Below are positions 12,586-22,482 of a DNA stretch of 49,062 nucleotides, piece after piece; position 1 is the stretch's first letter, and the number at the start of each line of letters is the position of its first letter. The notes below the pieces were generated by a model. That model did not search any database and was not told the DNA's origin. It saw only the letters and a list, made by a program, of their open reading frames with translations. Both the position numbers and the translations under genes were made by a program. The stretch is from the NCBI GenBank assembly GCA_038153405.1, contig JAYOYH010000024.1:14674-63735 (forward strand), given 5' to 3'. Source of the DNA: Gemmatimonadota bacterium. Its GTDB lineage: Bacteria > Latescibacterota > UBA2968 > UBA8231.

Positions 12586-13455
12586 ATGTTGAATGACGAA
12601 CAAATAGAACAGTATCGCGAGAAGGGCTATGTGGGCGTTGAGGGTGTGCTGAGTGCCGATGAAATTGCCGCACTGCGCCGAGTGACGGACGTGTTTGTCG
12701 AGAAATCGCGCGCGGTGAGCGAGAGCGATGACGTATTTGACCTCGAGCCCGGGCATACGGCAGCCAATCCGCGCCTGCGGCGCTTAAAGAGCCCGATCAA
12801 TGCGCACGAAATCTATGCGCAGACCATTCGCCACGACCGGATACTCGATATTATCGCCCAGCTAATTGGTCCGGCCATACGCACCAACGGCAACAAGCTC
12901 AATATGAAGTCGGGCGGTTTCGGCAGCCCGGTCGAATGGCATCAGGACTGGGCTTTCTACCCCCATACCAACGACGATCTGCTGGCCGTGGGTGTGTGTA
13001 TAGACGATATGAGTGAGGAAAATGGCTGTCTCTTAGTCGTGCCCGGATCGCACCGCGGTCCGATCCTCGACCACCACCAAGACGGCTGTTTTGCCGGAGC
13101 GGTCACCGAGGAAGAGTTCGACGACGCCACGGCCGAAAAAGTGGAACTAAAGGCGGGGGGCATTTCCATTCACCACGCGCGCGCCCTGCACGGTTCGCTG
13201 CCCAACACCTCGCCCAACCCGCGCCGGTTGTTGCTCTTTCAGTACTGCTCCGGCGACTCCTGGCCGCTGACGGGGACCGACTGGGATGGCTACTGCGCTT
13301 CCTTCCTGCGCGGCGAACCTTCCAACCAACCGCGCGTAACGCCCGTGCCGGTGCGCATGCCCGTGCCGGGAGCCAAAGTGGGCGGTTCGATTTACGCGAC
13401 GCAGACGGTGCTAAAGCGTTCGACATTTAGACGGGTTCAAGGGGTGGCTGGCTGA
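12586..13455 (+). CDS. phytanoyl-CoA dioxygenase (PhyH) family Fe(II)/2OG enzyme
   Basis: WHQD, NGCLLVVPGSH, LHGS, RRLL. ATG at 12586 follows an AGGAG RBS. Confidence 0.92.
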   Translation: MLNDEQIEQYREKGYVGVEGVLSADEIAALRRVTDVFVEKSRAVSESDDVFDLEPGHTAANPRLRRLKSPINAHEIYAQTIRHDRILDIIAQLIGPAIRTNGNKLNMKSGGFGSPVEWHQDWAFYPHTNDDLLAVGVCIDDMSEENGCLLVVPGSHRGPILDHHQDGCFAGAVTEEEFDDATAEKVELKAGGISIHHARALHGSLPNTSPNPRRLLLFQYCSGDSWPLTGTDWDGYCASFLRGEPSNQPRVTPVPVRMPVPGAKVGGSIYATQTVLKRSTFRRVQGVAG

Positions 13456-13456
13456 T

Positions 13457-15043
13457 ATGGCATCATTCGATTGGATCTTTCCCTACGCCTCGCAGCGCAT
13501 GCCCGTCTTGGCGGCCAATGCCGTTGCTACCTCGCAGCCGCTTGCCGCTCAGGCCGGTCTGCGCATGCTGATGCAGGGGGGCAATGCCGCCGATGCCGCG
13601 CTGGCCACGGCCATTGCACTAACGGTCGTTGAACCGGCTATGAACGGCATTGGATCGGATGCCTTTTGCATTCTGTGGGATGGACAAGCGCTGCACGGAC
13701 TCAACGCGTCGGGACGAGCACCGGCCGCTTGGTCGCCGCAGTACTTTGCCGATCGCGAGGCCATGCCGCGCAGCGGCTGGGATACCGTCACGGTACCCGG
13801 CTGTGTATCGGCGTGGGCCGAGGTCTCGCGCCGTTTTGGCAAGCTGCCTTTTGCTCAGCTTTTTGAGCCGGCCATACACTACGCCGATTCCGGTTTTCTG
13901 GTAGGCCCGGTGACGGCGGCGGCGTGGGCTGGTGCGGCCCATGCGCTGGGGGAGTACGAGGGGTTTGCGCAGGCATTTTTACCCGAGGGACGCGCGCCGC
14001 ACGCGGGTGAGCGCTTTGCCTGTAGCGCACAGGCGCGCACGCTGCAGCGGATTGCCGAGAGCGGGGGGGAAGACTTTTACCGCGGTGAGCTGGCACAAAA
14101 AATTGCGGCCGACGCCGCGCGCCACGGCGGCCAGCTTACGCTCGACGATTTGGCTGCACACCGCTGCGATTGGGTGGGTACCATACACCAAGAATACCGC
14201 GGTTATCAGCTGCACGAAATTCCACCCAACGGACAGGGCCTTGGCGCCCTGTTGTGTCTGGGCATATTGCGCCACCTCGATGTGGAGCGTTTCCCCGTCG
14301 ATTCGGCAGACAGCGTGCACGTGCAAATCGAGGCGATGAAACTGGCTCTGGCCGACGCCTACCGCTATATCGCCGACCCGCAGTACATGGACGTTGCCGT
14401 CGACGCATTGCTCGACGAAACCTATCTGAAGCGACGGGCCGAGTCGATCGACCTGCAGCGCGCCCAAGATCCCCAGCACGGCGTGCCGGATCAGAGCGGA
14501 ACGGTCTATCTGACCGCCGCCGATGCCAGCGGCATGATGGTTTCCTTTATTCAGTCTAACTACATGGGTTTTGGCTCGGGGATCGTCGTGCCTGACACAG
14601 GGATCAGCCTGCAGAACCGCGGCACGGGGTTTTCTCTGCAGCAGGGGCATCCCAACCTAGTTGGCGGGGGAAAGCGTCCCTTTCACACGATTATTCCCGC
14701 CTTTTTGATGCAGGGAGACCAACCTCTGATGAGCTTTGGCGTAATGGGCGGTCCCATGCAGGCGCAGGGGCACGCGCAGATGGTGCTGCGTTTAGTCGAC
14801 TACGGACAGAACCCACAGGCCGCTGTCGACGCACCGCGCTGGCAGGTGCTGCGAGGGCTGGACGTGGCGATAGAAAAAGACTTTTCCCCGGCGGTCCTCG
14901 ATGAGTTGGCCGGCCGCGGCCATAGCCTACAGCGCCTGCCGCGCCAGCCCATGTTTGGCGGGGCGCAGCTGATACACAAGATCGAGGGGGGCTATTGCGC
15001 CGCTTCGGAGCCGCGCAAAGAGGGACAGGCCGTTGGCTTCTAA
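13457..15043 (+). CDS. ggt: gamma-glutamyltransferase family protein
   Basis: GGNAADAA, GTVYL (nucleophilic Thr), QNRG, KRPFHTIIP, GVMGG. Confidence 0.93.
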   Translation: MASFDWIFPYASQRMPVLAANAVATSQPLAAQAGLRMLMQGGNAADAALATAIALTVVEPAMNGIGSDAFCILWDGQALHGLNASGRAPAAWSPQYFADREAMPRSGWDTVTVPGCVSAWAEVSRRFGKLPFAQLFEPAIHYADSGFLVGPVTAAAWAGAAHALGEYEGFAQAFLPEGRAPHAGERFACSAQARTLQRIAESGGEDFYRGELAQKIAADAARHGGQLTLDDLAAHRCDWVGTIHQEYRGYQLHEIPPNGQGLGALLCLGILRHLDVERFPVDSADSVHVQIEAMKLALADAYRYIADPQYMDVAVDALLDETYLKRRAESIDLQRAQDPQHGVPDQSGTVYLTAADASGMMVSFIQSNYMGFGSGIVVPDTGISLQNRGTGFSLQQGHPNLVGGGKRPFHTIIPAFLMQGDQPLMSFGVMGGPMQAQGHAQMVLRLVDYGQNPQAAVDAPRWQVLRGLDVAIEKDFSPAVLDELAGRGHSLQRLPRQPMFGGAQLIHKIEGGYCAASEPRKEGQAVGF

Positions 15044-15050
15044 TCGCGAA

Positions 15051-15884
15051 ATGCGCCATATCGTGCTGATTGGGTGCCGCGATGAAAAGGGGTTAGTGTA
15101 CCGCATAACGGGTGCGCTCTTTCGCTCTGGGCTCAATATTGTGCGCAACGGTGAGTTCGTCGACGGCGAGAGCGGATACTTCTATATGCGCACCGATGTA
15201 GAGGGGGCGCTAGACGCAGACGCCCTCTGTCGCGAATTGACCGAATTGCTGCCGGACGGTGCCTGGATCCAGCTGCGTTCGCCCGAGCCCAAACGCATCG
15301 CTGTGCTGGCGACCAAAGAGTACCACTGCCTGGGCGATTTGCTGCTGCGCAACGCCCACGGCGACCTCAATGCGTGCATCTGTGCCGTGGTCAGCAACCA
15401 CGAAGTGCTGGCCGATCTGGTCGGCCAATTCGACGTGCCCTTCCACTGCATCTCTCACGTCGGGCTAGAGCGCAGTGTGCACGAGCAATTGCTGAAGCAG
15501 CACCTGACTCAGTATGAGCTAGACTACCTAGTCTTAGCCAAGTACATGCGCATCCTTAGCCCGGATTTCGTGCGGCACTTTGCCCATCGCATCATCAATA
15601 TACACCACTCTTTTCTTCCTGCTTTTATTGGGGCTAATCCCTATCGTCAAGCCTTCAAGCGCGGAGTAAAACTTATTGGGGCTACGGCGCACTTCGTCAC
15701 CGATGACCTCGACGAAGGGCCCATTGTCGCCCAGAGCGTCATACCGGTCGATCACCGCCAGAGCGCGCGCGATATGGCGCGCGCCGGACGCGAGGTGGAA
15801 AAGATCGCCCTAGCTCGCGCATTGGATCTGGTCTTAGCCGACCAAGTCGTCGTAGTGGGTAACCGCACGATTATTTTTGATTGA
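15051..15884 (+). CDS. purU: formyltetrahydrofolate deformylase
   Basis: N-terminal ACT-like domain, HCLGDLL, LAKYMRILS, IINIHHSFLPAF, GATAHFVTDDLDEGPI. Confidence 0.95.
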   Translation: MRHIVLIGCRDEKGLVYRITGALFRSGLNIVRNGEFVDGESGYFYMRTDVEGALDADALCRELTELLPDGAWIQLRSPEPKRIAVLATKEYHCLGDLLLRNAHGDLNACICAVVSNHEVLADLVGQFDVPFHCISHVGLERSVHEQLLKQHLTQYELDYLVLAKYMRILSPDFVRHFAHRIINIHHSFLPAFIGANPYRQAFKRGVKLIGATAHFVTDDLDEGPIVAQSVIPVDHRQSARDMARAGREVEKIALARALDLVLADQVVVVGNRTIIFD

Positions 15885-15955
15885 AAGAGAGCATGGAGGA
15901 TAGAAATACGGCGAAAAGCGCTGTGATCCTCTTTTGCAGGCCGCGACTTGGTCCC

Positions 15956-15999
15956 AAAAAAGAAGCCCTGCCGGATGCGAGATGCCTCCAGCAGGGCTT
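15956..15999 (-). terminator. intrinsic terminator on the minus strand, downstream of the HAD gene
   Basis: 13-bp stem (15963-15975 with 15987-15999, one G-U on the minus strand) followed by CTTTTTT on the minus strand. Confidence 0.75.
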
Positions 16000-16063
16000 G
16001 CCCCAAGGATGTGGACCGAAGTCCATATGATTATTTAATCGGCAGAGAAGGGAGATACTTGAA

Positions 16064-16726
16064 TTATTTTCGCAAAAAAGTCGCTGCCGCCCTCTCCAAT
16101 TGGGGCAGCAGCTCTTCGTAGTGGGAAAATACGCCGTGAGCACCGGCGTCGAGCAGGTGTTTGGGAGGCAGGCTAGAGCAGAACCCGATCGCGTGCATCC
16201 CGGCAGCTAGGGCCGCCTGTAGGCCGGCAATCGAGTCCTCAATTACGATGCAGCGTGCGGCCGGCACATAGAGGCGCCGAGCCGCGTACAGAAAGAGATC
16301 GGGAGCGGGTTTGCCATGGGCGACTTCGCTGGCGCTGCACACCGCTGCAAAGCGTTCGCGCAGACCGACCTGCTCTAAGGAGAAGCCAATCTTACGAGGA
16401 CGGCCGGACGAGGCAACGGCCATGGGAACGCGATCGTGGGCGAGCGCGTCGAGCAGATCGATCAGACCCGAAAAGGTCTGCAATCTGCCGCGCGCCAGGT
16501 CGAAATAGACCTCTTCCTTCTCGTCGATGAGCGCGTCGGGTAGCGTCTGTCCCGTCTGGCGGGCGTAGTGGGCTAAGACGGTGGCGTCGGACTGCCCAAG
16601 GAACGCTTCGATGTCGGCCAACTCGGCATCAATGCCGCGCTTTTTCAGAACGGGGAGCCAGGCGCCGCAACTCCACCGTTCGCTGTCGACGAGAACGCCA
16701 TCGCAATCGAATAGTACACCATACAT
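16064..16726 (-). CDS. HAD family phosphatase (beta-PGM/CbbY-like)
   Basis: FDCDGVLVDS, ASS, KPAPD, IEDS. Confidence 0.92.
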   Translation of the reverse strand: MYGVLFDCDGVLVDSERWSCGAWLPVLKKRGIDAELADIEAFLGQSDATVLAHYARQTGQTLPDALIDEKEEVYFDLARGRLQTFSGLIDLLDALAHDRVPMAVASSGRPRKIGFSLEQVGLRERFAAVCSASEVAHGKPAPDLFLYAARRLYVPAARCIVIEDSIAGLQAALAAGMHAIGFCSSLPPKHLLDAGAHGVFSHYEELLPQLERAAATFLRK

Positions 16727-16730
16727 AAGA

Positions 16731-16743
16731 GGCTAATATAGCC
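16731..16743. promoter_or_regulatory. short palindrome in the divergent HAD/LysR intergenic region, possible operator
   Basis: GGCTA-ATA-TAGCC within the 52-bp spacer between divergent genes. Confidence 0.25.
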
Positions 16744-16778
16744 GTGCCGTTTCGCAGCGCAAAAGGGGAGGACAACCG

Positions 16779-17702
16779 GTGAACCTGCAGCACATGCGCT
16801 ACTTTCTCGCCGTGGCGCGCACGGGCGGATTCACTCCGGCCGCGCGCGCGATGAACGTGACGCAGCCCACGGTCAGTAGCGGTATAGGCGAGTTAGAACG
16901 CGCGCTGGGGGTGCAGCTGTTTAACCGCGATAGCCGCCACGTAGAGCTGACGGCCGAGGGGCGAATGTTAATGAATTACGCCCTGCAAATTGAAGACCTG
17001 CTAGAAGAAGTTGGGGAGAAGCTGCAGCGGCGTGCACTGGGACCTGGCGATGGGTTTCGCTTCGGCGCCATCGATGCGGCGGTCATCTACCTCTTGCCGG
17101 AAATTTTAAAGGCCTATATGCGCGAGCATCCCGGCGTTGAACTCAGCGCCCAAGTCGCCCCATCGCGCTATCTGGTCGATGATCTACTGATGAACCGCTC
17201 GGAATTTGCGCTAATCTCACTGCCCTATGAACACCCGAAGATCGATACGATACCACTCTATCGCGACCGCATGCCGCTGGTAGTGGGATGCGATCACCGC
17301 TTTGCCGGAGTCGGCAAAGTGAGGTTGCAGGACGTGGTGAAAGAGCCGCTCCTGCTCTTTCACGCCGACTCCGTTTCGCGAAAAATTGTCGATGAGAAGC
17401 TATCCGAAGCTGGGTTGCAGGCCGGTGCCGTAATGGAAATGCGCAGCCCAGAAGCTATGCGCAAGTTGGTCGAGGCCGGCGTTGGCATTTCCTTCTTACC
17501 CGAAGTTGCCATTGCCGAGTCCGTCGCCCGCGGGGATCTGTGCACGGTCGACGTAGAAGGGGTTTCTTTTGGACGCGAAATTGGCATTGCTCGGCGTCGC
17601 GGGCGCTATTTCGGTCCGGCTATACGACTGCTCTTGGAACAGATTATAGACGCCTACGGCGGCAGTCGGCGCTGGCTCGACGAAGCGCCGGGCAAGCCTT
17701 AG
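16779..17702 (+). CDS. LysR family transcriptional regulator
   Basis: N-terminal HTH (FTPAARAMNVTQPTVSSGIGELE...LFNR...LTAEG) plus substrate-binding domain. Confidence 0.94.
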   Translation: MNLQHMRYFLAVARTGGFTPAARAMNVTQPTVSSGIGELERALGVQLFNRDSRHVELTAEGRMLMNYALQIEDLLEEVGEKLQRRALGPGDGFRFGAIDAAVIYLLPEILKAYMREHPGVELSAQVAPSRYLVDDLLMNRSEFALISLPYEHPKIDTIPLYRDRMPLVVGCDHRFAGVGKVRLQDVVKEPLLLFHADSVSRKIVDEKLSEAGLQAGAVMEMRSPEAMRKLVEAGVGISFLPEVAIAESVARGDLCTVDVEGVSFGREIGIARRRGRYFGPAIRLLLEQIIDAYGGSRRWLDEAPGKP

Positions 17703-18148
17703 GAGAGATCGTCGCGCATCGGTCGCCGCATATAGCGCGTCGAGGCCTCGGCGGGAGCAAAGCCGAAGCGCTCGTAAAGCGAATGGGCGTCGGCTGTAGC
17801 CAAGAGCCAGCCGAGCGAGCTCAGCTCGGAGTGCTCGACGATGTGTTGGACCAGCCACTTGCCCAGACCGCTCCCGCGGTAGGCCGGCAGCACAAAGACG
17901 TCGGCCAGGTAGGCAAAGGTCGCCCGGTCGGTAATGGCCCGAGCGAAGGCTACCAGCGCGCCCTCTTTCTCGATGATAAAGCATTCGGAATGTTGTAGGG
18001 AGCGCGCCACGGTCTCGAACGAGCGGCCGCGCGCCCAATAGGATTGATCCGACAAGTATGCGTGAATAGCGCGTAGGTGCGCGCTGGTGACGCTGCGCGT
18101 CAGGTTAAAGGGGCCGTCGCCGATCTGCACGAAGTCTTTCTCGCCCAT
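17699..18148 (-). CDS. GNAT family N-acetyltransferase
   Basis: SYWARGRS, ARAITDRATFAYLADVFV, YRGSGLGK, ATADAHSLYERFGF. ATG at 18148 lies right after the pdxH stop. Confidence 0.9.
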   Translation of the reverse strand: MGEKDFVQIGDGPFNLTRSVTSAHLRAIHAYLSDQSYWARGRSFETVARSLQHSECFIIEKEGALVAFARAITDRATFAYLADVFVLPAYRGSGLGKWLVQHIVEHSELSSLGWLLATADAHSLYERFGFAPAEASTRYMRRPMRDDLS

Positions 18149-18149
18149 G

Positions 18150-18758
18150 TCAGGGGGCCAACTGCAGCAGATCCCAGCCGGAAGCGGCGCGCCTGTAGAC
18201 AAAGCGGTCGTGCAGGCGGCTAGGCCGGTCGGCCCAGAACTCGATGGTGTGAGGGCATATCCTATAGCCATTCCAGTGCGGCGGACGCGGCACATTGCCG
18301 TCCGCGTAGAGGGCTTCTAAGCGGGTAATTTCTCTGCGCAGTTCGTCGCGGTCGCCGATGGCTTCGCTCTGCGGCGAGGCCCACGCCCCCAGCTGGGCGC
18401 CGCGCGGACGCGTGGCAAAGTAGGCGTCCGCTTCGCGCGCGCTGACCTGCTCAACGTCGCCTTCGATGCGCACCTGTCTGCGCAAGACCTCCCAGTGAAA
18501 TACCAGCGCCGCGCGGGGATTTTGCTGTAGGTCGCGCGCCTTGCTGCTCTGACTATTGGTGTAAAATGTAAATCCGCGCTGGTCGAACTCCTTGAGCAAA
18601 ACCATGCGCGCCGAAGGGCGGCCTTCCGCGTCGGCAGTGGCCAGCGCCATGGCGTGCGGGAGTGCGATGTCGCTGTCCTGTGCCCGCTCGTACCAGAGGG
18701 CAAATTGCGCAAAGGGATCTGCGGTAAAGTCGCTCTTCTGTAGATGGGATTCGTCCAT
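18150..18758 (-). CDS. pdxH: pyridoxamine 5'-phosphate oxidase
   Basis: [44 protein letters not shown]-terminus. AAGGAG RBS before ATG 18758. Confidence 0.96.
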   Translation of the reverse strand: MDESHLQKSDFTADPFAQFALWYERAQDSDIALPHAMALATADAEGRPSARMVLLKEFDQRGFTFYTNSQSSKARDLQQNPRAALVFHWEVLRRQVRIEGDVEQVSAREADAYFATRPRGAQLGAWASPQSEAIGDRDELRREITRLEALYADGNVPRPPHWNGYRICPHTIEFWADRPSRLHDRFVYRRAASGWDLLQLAP

Positions 18759-18948
18759 GATCTCTCCTTTGCCAAGCAAGATATTGGCTGCTGCAGCGGT
18801 CGACAAGTGGAATGGGTCGGTTGGGCTGCAATGGACGTAGAATGCGGGCTCTCATGGGCTATATGGAGCATGAGGTTGGGAGGGTTCGTATTGCGAGAAC
18901 GGGGGATATCTGCGTTTTTTAAACAGTACTAATGAGGGGAGATGTGCA

Positions 18949-20307
18949 ATGATTGACGCCAAGACGGCGCGTGCCAATGCCGATGCTCTGCGCGAATCGA
19001 TTCGCCTGCGCAAAGTAAATCCCGCCCATGCCAATGTCGATCGCTGGTTGGAGTTGGATGGGATGCGGAGGGAGCTGCAGGGCGAGATTGATGCGCTCAA
19101 CAGCGAGAAGAAGGAACTGGCCAAGCTCGGAAGAGAAAACCCCGATGCCGCCCGCGCCAAAGGGATGGAACTGCGCGACAAATCGCGCGCGCTCGACGCT
19201 AGCATGGGCGAAGTCAACGACGAGTGGCAGCGCATTCTCGACTGGTTTCCCAACTGGCCCCACGAGGACATGCCGCACGGTGCAGGCGAAGAAGACAACG
19301 TCGAAGAGAAGGCTTGGGTGCCCGGTCAGGGCTATTTGCCAAGCGACAAATTGGGTGTCGGCGAGGAGAGCGCACGCCATATGCCGGTTTATCCCGTGCA
19401 CGGCGACGGCGAATTTGAGGCGGCGCACCACTCGGAGCTCGGCGTGCAGCTCGGAGGGGTCGATACGCTGCAGGCCTCGCAGGTATCCGGATCGCGCTTT
19501 GCCTATCTACGCGGCGATTTATCGCGCATGCAGTATGCGCTCAGTCGCCTATTAATAGATGAATTGCTGGGACGCGGCTATGAGATGTTCATACCGCCGC
19601 TGCTGGTGCGCGAGCGTGCGCTCTATGGGACATCGCACTTTCCCGAGGGACGCGACCAAGTATACGCGATCAACAGCGAAAACGTCGAAGATGGAACCCA
19701 GCTCTTTCTCGTCGGTTCGTCGGAACCGACCAACTTCAGCTACTTTGCCGATCGCGTACTCGAGGCCGATCATCTCCCGGCCAAGCTCTTTGCCTACACC
19801 GCCTGCTTTCGCTCGGAAGCGGGTTCGTGGGGCAAAGACGTCAAAGGCATAAAGCGCGTGCATCAATTCGACAAAATTGAGATGAACGCGGTTTGCCTGC
19901 CCGAGCAGTCAGAGGCAGTCTACGCCGAATTTGCCGAGATAAACGAGTGGCTGTTACAGCAGTTGGAACTGCCCTATCGCGTAGTCGATAAATGCACGGG
20001 CGATGCCGGCTACCTAGCCAGTCATCGCCAGCGGGACTTGGAGGCTTGGCTGTCTGGGTCGCGCGAGTACATGGAAGTGATGACGGATACCAATACGACG
20101 GACTACCAGGCGCGCCGCCTCGGTATTCGCTACAAGGGCGAACGGGGGCGCGGTTACTGTCACACCGTCAACGATACGGGCGCGGCTATGGGACGGCTGC
20201 TCATCGCCATCCTCGACAACTATCAGCAGAGCGACGGTTCGGTGGTCGTTCCCCAGGTGCTGCGCGCCGTCGTTGGCAAAGAGCGCCTGAACCCGCCGGC
20301 AACTTAG
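18949..20307 (+). CDS. serS: serine--tRNA ligase (divergent type)
   Basis: N-terminal coiled-coil arm, SGSRF, CFRSEAGS..GIKRVHQFDKIE (motif 2), DYQARRL, RLLIAILDNYQ..DGSV.VP. Confidence 0.93.
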   Translation: MIDAKTARANADALRESIRLRKVNPAHANVDRWLELDGMRRELQGEIDALNSEKKELAKLGRENPDAARAKGMELRDKSRALDASMGEVNDEWQRILDWFPNWPHEDMPHGAGEEDNVEEKAWVPGQGYLPSDKLGVGEESARHMPVYPVHGDGEFEAAHHSELGVQLGGVDTLQASQVSGSRFAYLRGDLSRMQYALSRLLIDELLGRGYEMFIPPLLVRERALYGTSHFPEGRDQVYAINSENVEDGTQLFLVGSSEPTNFSYFADRVLEADHLPAKLFAYTACFRSEAGSWGKDVKGIKRVHQFDKIEMNAVCLPEQSEAVYAEFAEINEWLLQQLELPYRVVDKCTGDAGYLASHRQRDLEAWLSGSREYMEVMTDTNTTDYQARRLGIRYKGERGRGYCHTVNDTGAAMGRLLIAILDNYQQSDGSVVVPQVLRAVVGKERLNPPAT

Positions 20308-20317
20308 GAGGCTCCTC

Positions 20318-21205
20318 GTGGTCGCCCTTCGTTTGGATGGACGTGAAATTGCGGCACAGGTGCGCGCGGAGATGCAGGGGGAAGTTGCGCGGCTGAAGAG
20401 CGAATGTTCCCTAGTGCCCGGGTTGGCGGTGGTGCTGGTGGGAGAAAATCCGGCATCGCTGTCCTATGTACGCTCAAAGACGCAGGCCTGCCAAGAGTTG
20501 GGCATGCACTCGCTGCAACTCGACTTTCCCGCCTCGCTGAGCACGGACGACTTGTTGCAGACGATTGGCGAACTCAACGCGGACGCGGATATCCACGGAA
20601 TTCTCGTGCAACTGCCGCTGCCGGGCCAGGACGAACGGCGCGTGCTCAATGCCCTTTCGCCCGATAAAGACGTCGATGGGCTGCATCCGGTAAATCTCGG
20701 TCGTCTGCTGCGCGGCGAGGAGGGGTTTTGGCCCTGCACGCCGCACGGCGTGTTGCAAATACTGCAGCGCAGTCAGATCGAAGTGGCCGGTCGGCACGCC
20801 GTCGTCGTCGGCCGCAGCGCGCTGGTCGGACGTCCTGTGGCCAATCTCTTGGCACAAAAAATGGAGGGCGGTAACGCCACGGTGACGATGTGCCATACCG
20901 GCACGCGGGATTTGGGCTACTTTACCCGCCAAGCCGATATTCTCGTCGTCGCCGCCGGACAGCCTGCTGCCATTACCGCCGATATGGTTCGCGAAGGTGC
21001 CGTGGTGATCGACGTTGGTGTCAACCGCATCGAAGACGCTTCGCGCGAGCGCGGTTGGCGACTAGTCGGCGACGTCGACTATCCCGAAGTGCGCAAAAAG
21101 GCCCGTGCCATCACCCCCGTGCCCAACGGCGTCGGGCCGATGACGATTGCCATGCTGCTCTACAATACCATCGCGGCGGCCAAACGCATTCGCGGCGTGC
21201 GCTAG
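20318..21205 (+). CDS. folD: methylenetetrahydrofolate dehydrogenase/cyclohydrolase
   Basis: PGLAVVLVGE, GILVQLPLP, KDVDG, PCTP, GRS, VIDVGVNR, ITPVPNGVGPMT. GGAGG RBS. Confidence 0.96.
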   Translation: MVALRLDGREIAAQVRAEMQGEVARLKSECSLVPGLAVVLVGENPASLSYVRSKTQACQELGMHSLQLDFPASLSTDDLLQTIGELNADADIHGILVQLPLPGQDERRVLNALSPDKDVDGLHPVNLGRLLRGEEGFWPCTPHGVLQILQRSQIEVAGRHAVVVGRSALVGRPVANLLAQKMEGGNATVTMCHTGTRDLGYFTRQADILVVAAGQPAAITADMVREGAVVIDVGVNRIEDASRERGWRLVGDVDYPEVRKKARAITPVPNGVGPMTIAMLLYNTIAAAKRIRGVR

Positions 21206-21260
21206 GCTGGCGAGCCGGTCGCGCAGAATAGCGGTCTGCAAGCCGCAGCGAGGATCGACA

Positions 21261-22097
21261 ATGAGAATACTCGTAACGGGTAGTAGTGGGCTGATCGGCT
21301 CGGTGCTGGTCGAAGAATTGAGCCGCCTGCACGAAGTGGTCGGCTACGACCGCAGCGCGCCCGAGGAGCCATTTGTCGGTGCGGCTTTTTACCGGGGTGA
21401 TATGCTTGACCGCGACGTTTTGCAGCGGGTTTTAGAGGGCGTTGAGGGCGTCGTTCACCTGGCTGGAATCCCTTACGATATCCCGCCACTGCACGAAGTG
21501 TTTTCCACCAACGTCCAGGGAACCTATAATGTCTTAGAACTGGCCGCCGAGGCCGGCGTTTCCCACGTTCTATTTGCTTCGAGCATCATGGCCTATGGCT
21601 TTGGGCAAAACGCCGATCCACTTTATTTCCCGATCGACGAAGCGCATCCGCTACGGGCAAATCGCCCCTATGGATTGAGCAAAATAGTTGGTGAGCAGCT
21701 TTGCCGCAGCTTTAGCGAGCGCTGCGGTATCCGCACCTACTGCTTTCGCCTGACGACAGCGGTGGCCCCGGGAAAGCGCTATGACCTCTATCCTAGTGCC
21801 GGCCGCAAGATGGAAGTTGGGATATACCAGTACTTCGACGTGCGCGATTTTGCAGCGCTGGTTGACGCAGCCCTGTGTGACGAGCAAATCCAACACGACA
21901 GCTTTCTTGTTAGCGCCAGCGATTCGGGGCACGAGCGCCCCACCGCCGAAGTCATTGCCGAATATTATCCGCACGCCGAGATGCGCTATGTCGATTTATA
22001 TGCCAACGCATCGTTTGTTGACATCGGTAAGGCAGAGCGCTTGCTGGGTTTTGCTCCGCGCCATACCTGGCGCAGTGATAGAGGCCTTTTGACTTGA
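21261..22097 (+). CDS. NAD-dependent epimerase/dehydratase (extended SDR)
   Basis: ILVTGSSGLIG, HLAG, ASS, YGLSK (YxxxK). Confidence 0.9.
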   Translation: MRILVTGSSGLIGSVLVEELSRLHEVVGYDRSAPEEPFVGAAFYRGDMLDRDVLQRVLEGVEGVVHLAGIPYDIPPLHEVFSTNVQGTYNVLELAAEAGVSHVLFASSIMAYGFGQNADPLYFPIDEAHPLRANRPYGLSKIVGEQLCRSFSERCGIRTYCFRLTTAVAPGKRYDLYPSAGRKMEVGIYQYFDVRDFAALVDAALCDEQIQHDSFLVSASDSGHERPTAEVIAEYYPHAEMRYVDLYANASFVDIGKAERLLGFAPRHTWRSDRGLLT

Positions 22098-22167
22098 CAC
22101 AGGGGCGGCCTTTTCGTGATATGTGCAGGGGAGATGTCCACAGCGGCGTAGGGTGCGATTGGCCGAT

Positions 22168-22467
22168 ATGATGACTGCGGTTATCCTCGTAGTCCTGTTT
22201 TCTATGGCGGCGTGGATCGGCTGTGGCATCGCGTCGGCTATTATTGCTCGTCGTCGCGGTGCCAGCGGGTACAGTTGGACCGCCTTAGGGTTCTTGCTGG
22301 GCCCGGTGGGCTTGCTCTTGGTATTAAAGGTGTTGGCGCACGCGTGCCCGGCCTGTCGCGCACCGGTCTTGCGGGCGGTGCGTCGGTGTCCGCGCTGTGG
22401 CGGTCAGATACCCCGATTGGAATACAATCCCGTTGGTCCGTTTTGGACCTATAGGCGCGACTGGTAG
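22168..22467 (+). CDS. small membrane protein with a C-terminal zinc ribbon
   Basis: Two TM segments (LGFLLGPVG) followed by CPAC...CPRC. Start codon uncertain. Confidence 0.7.
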   Translation: MMTAVILVVLFSMAAWIGCGIASAIIARRRGASGYSWTALGFLLGPVGLLLVLKVLAHACPACRAPVLRAVRRCPRCGGQIPRLEYNPVGPFWTYRRDW

Positions 22468-22482
22468 CGAGGTGGACTTAGA

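Noticed and set aside
22094..22122. Perfect TTGACA -35 box upstream of the zinc-ribbon gene
   Set aside because: No convincing -10 hexamer at 16-18 nt spacing, and it overlaps the upstream stop codon.
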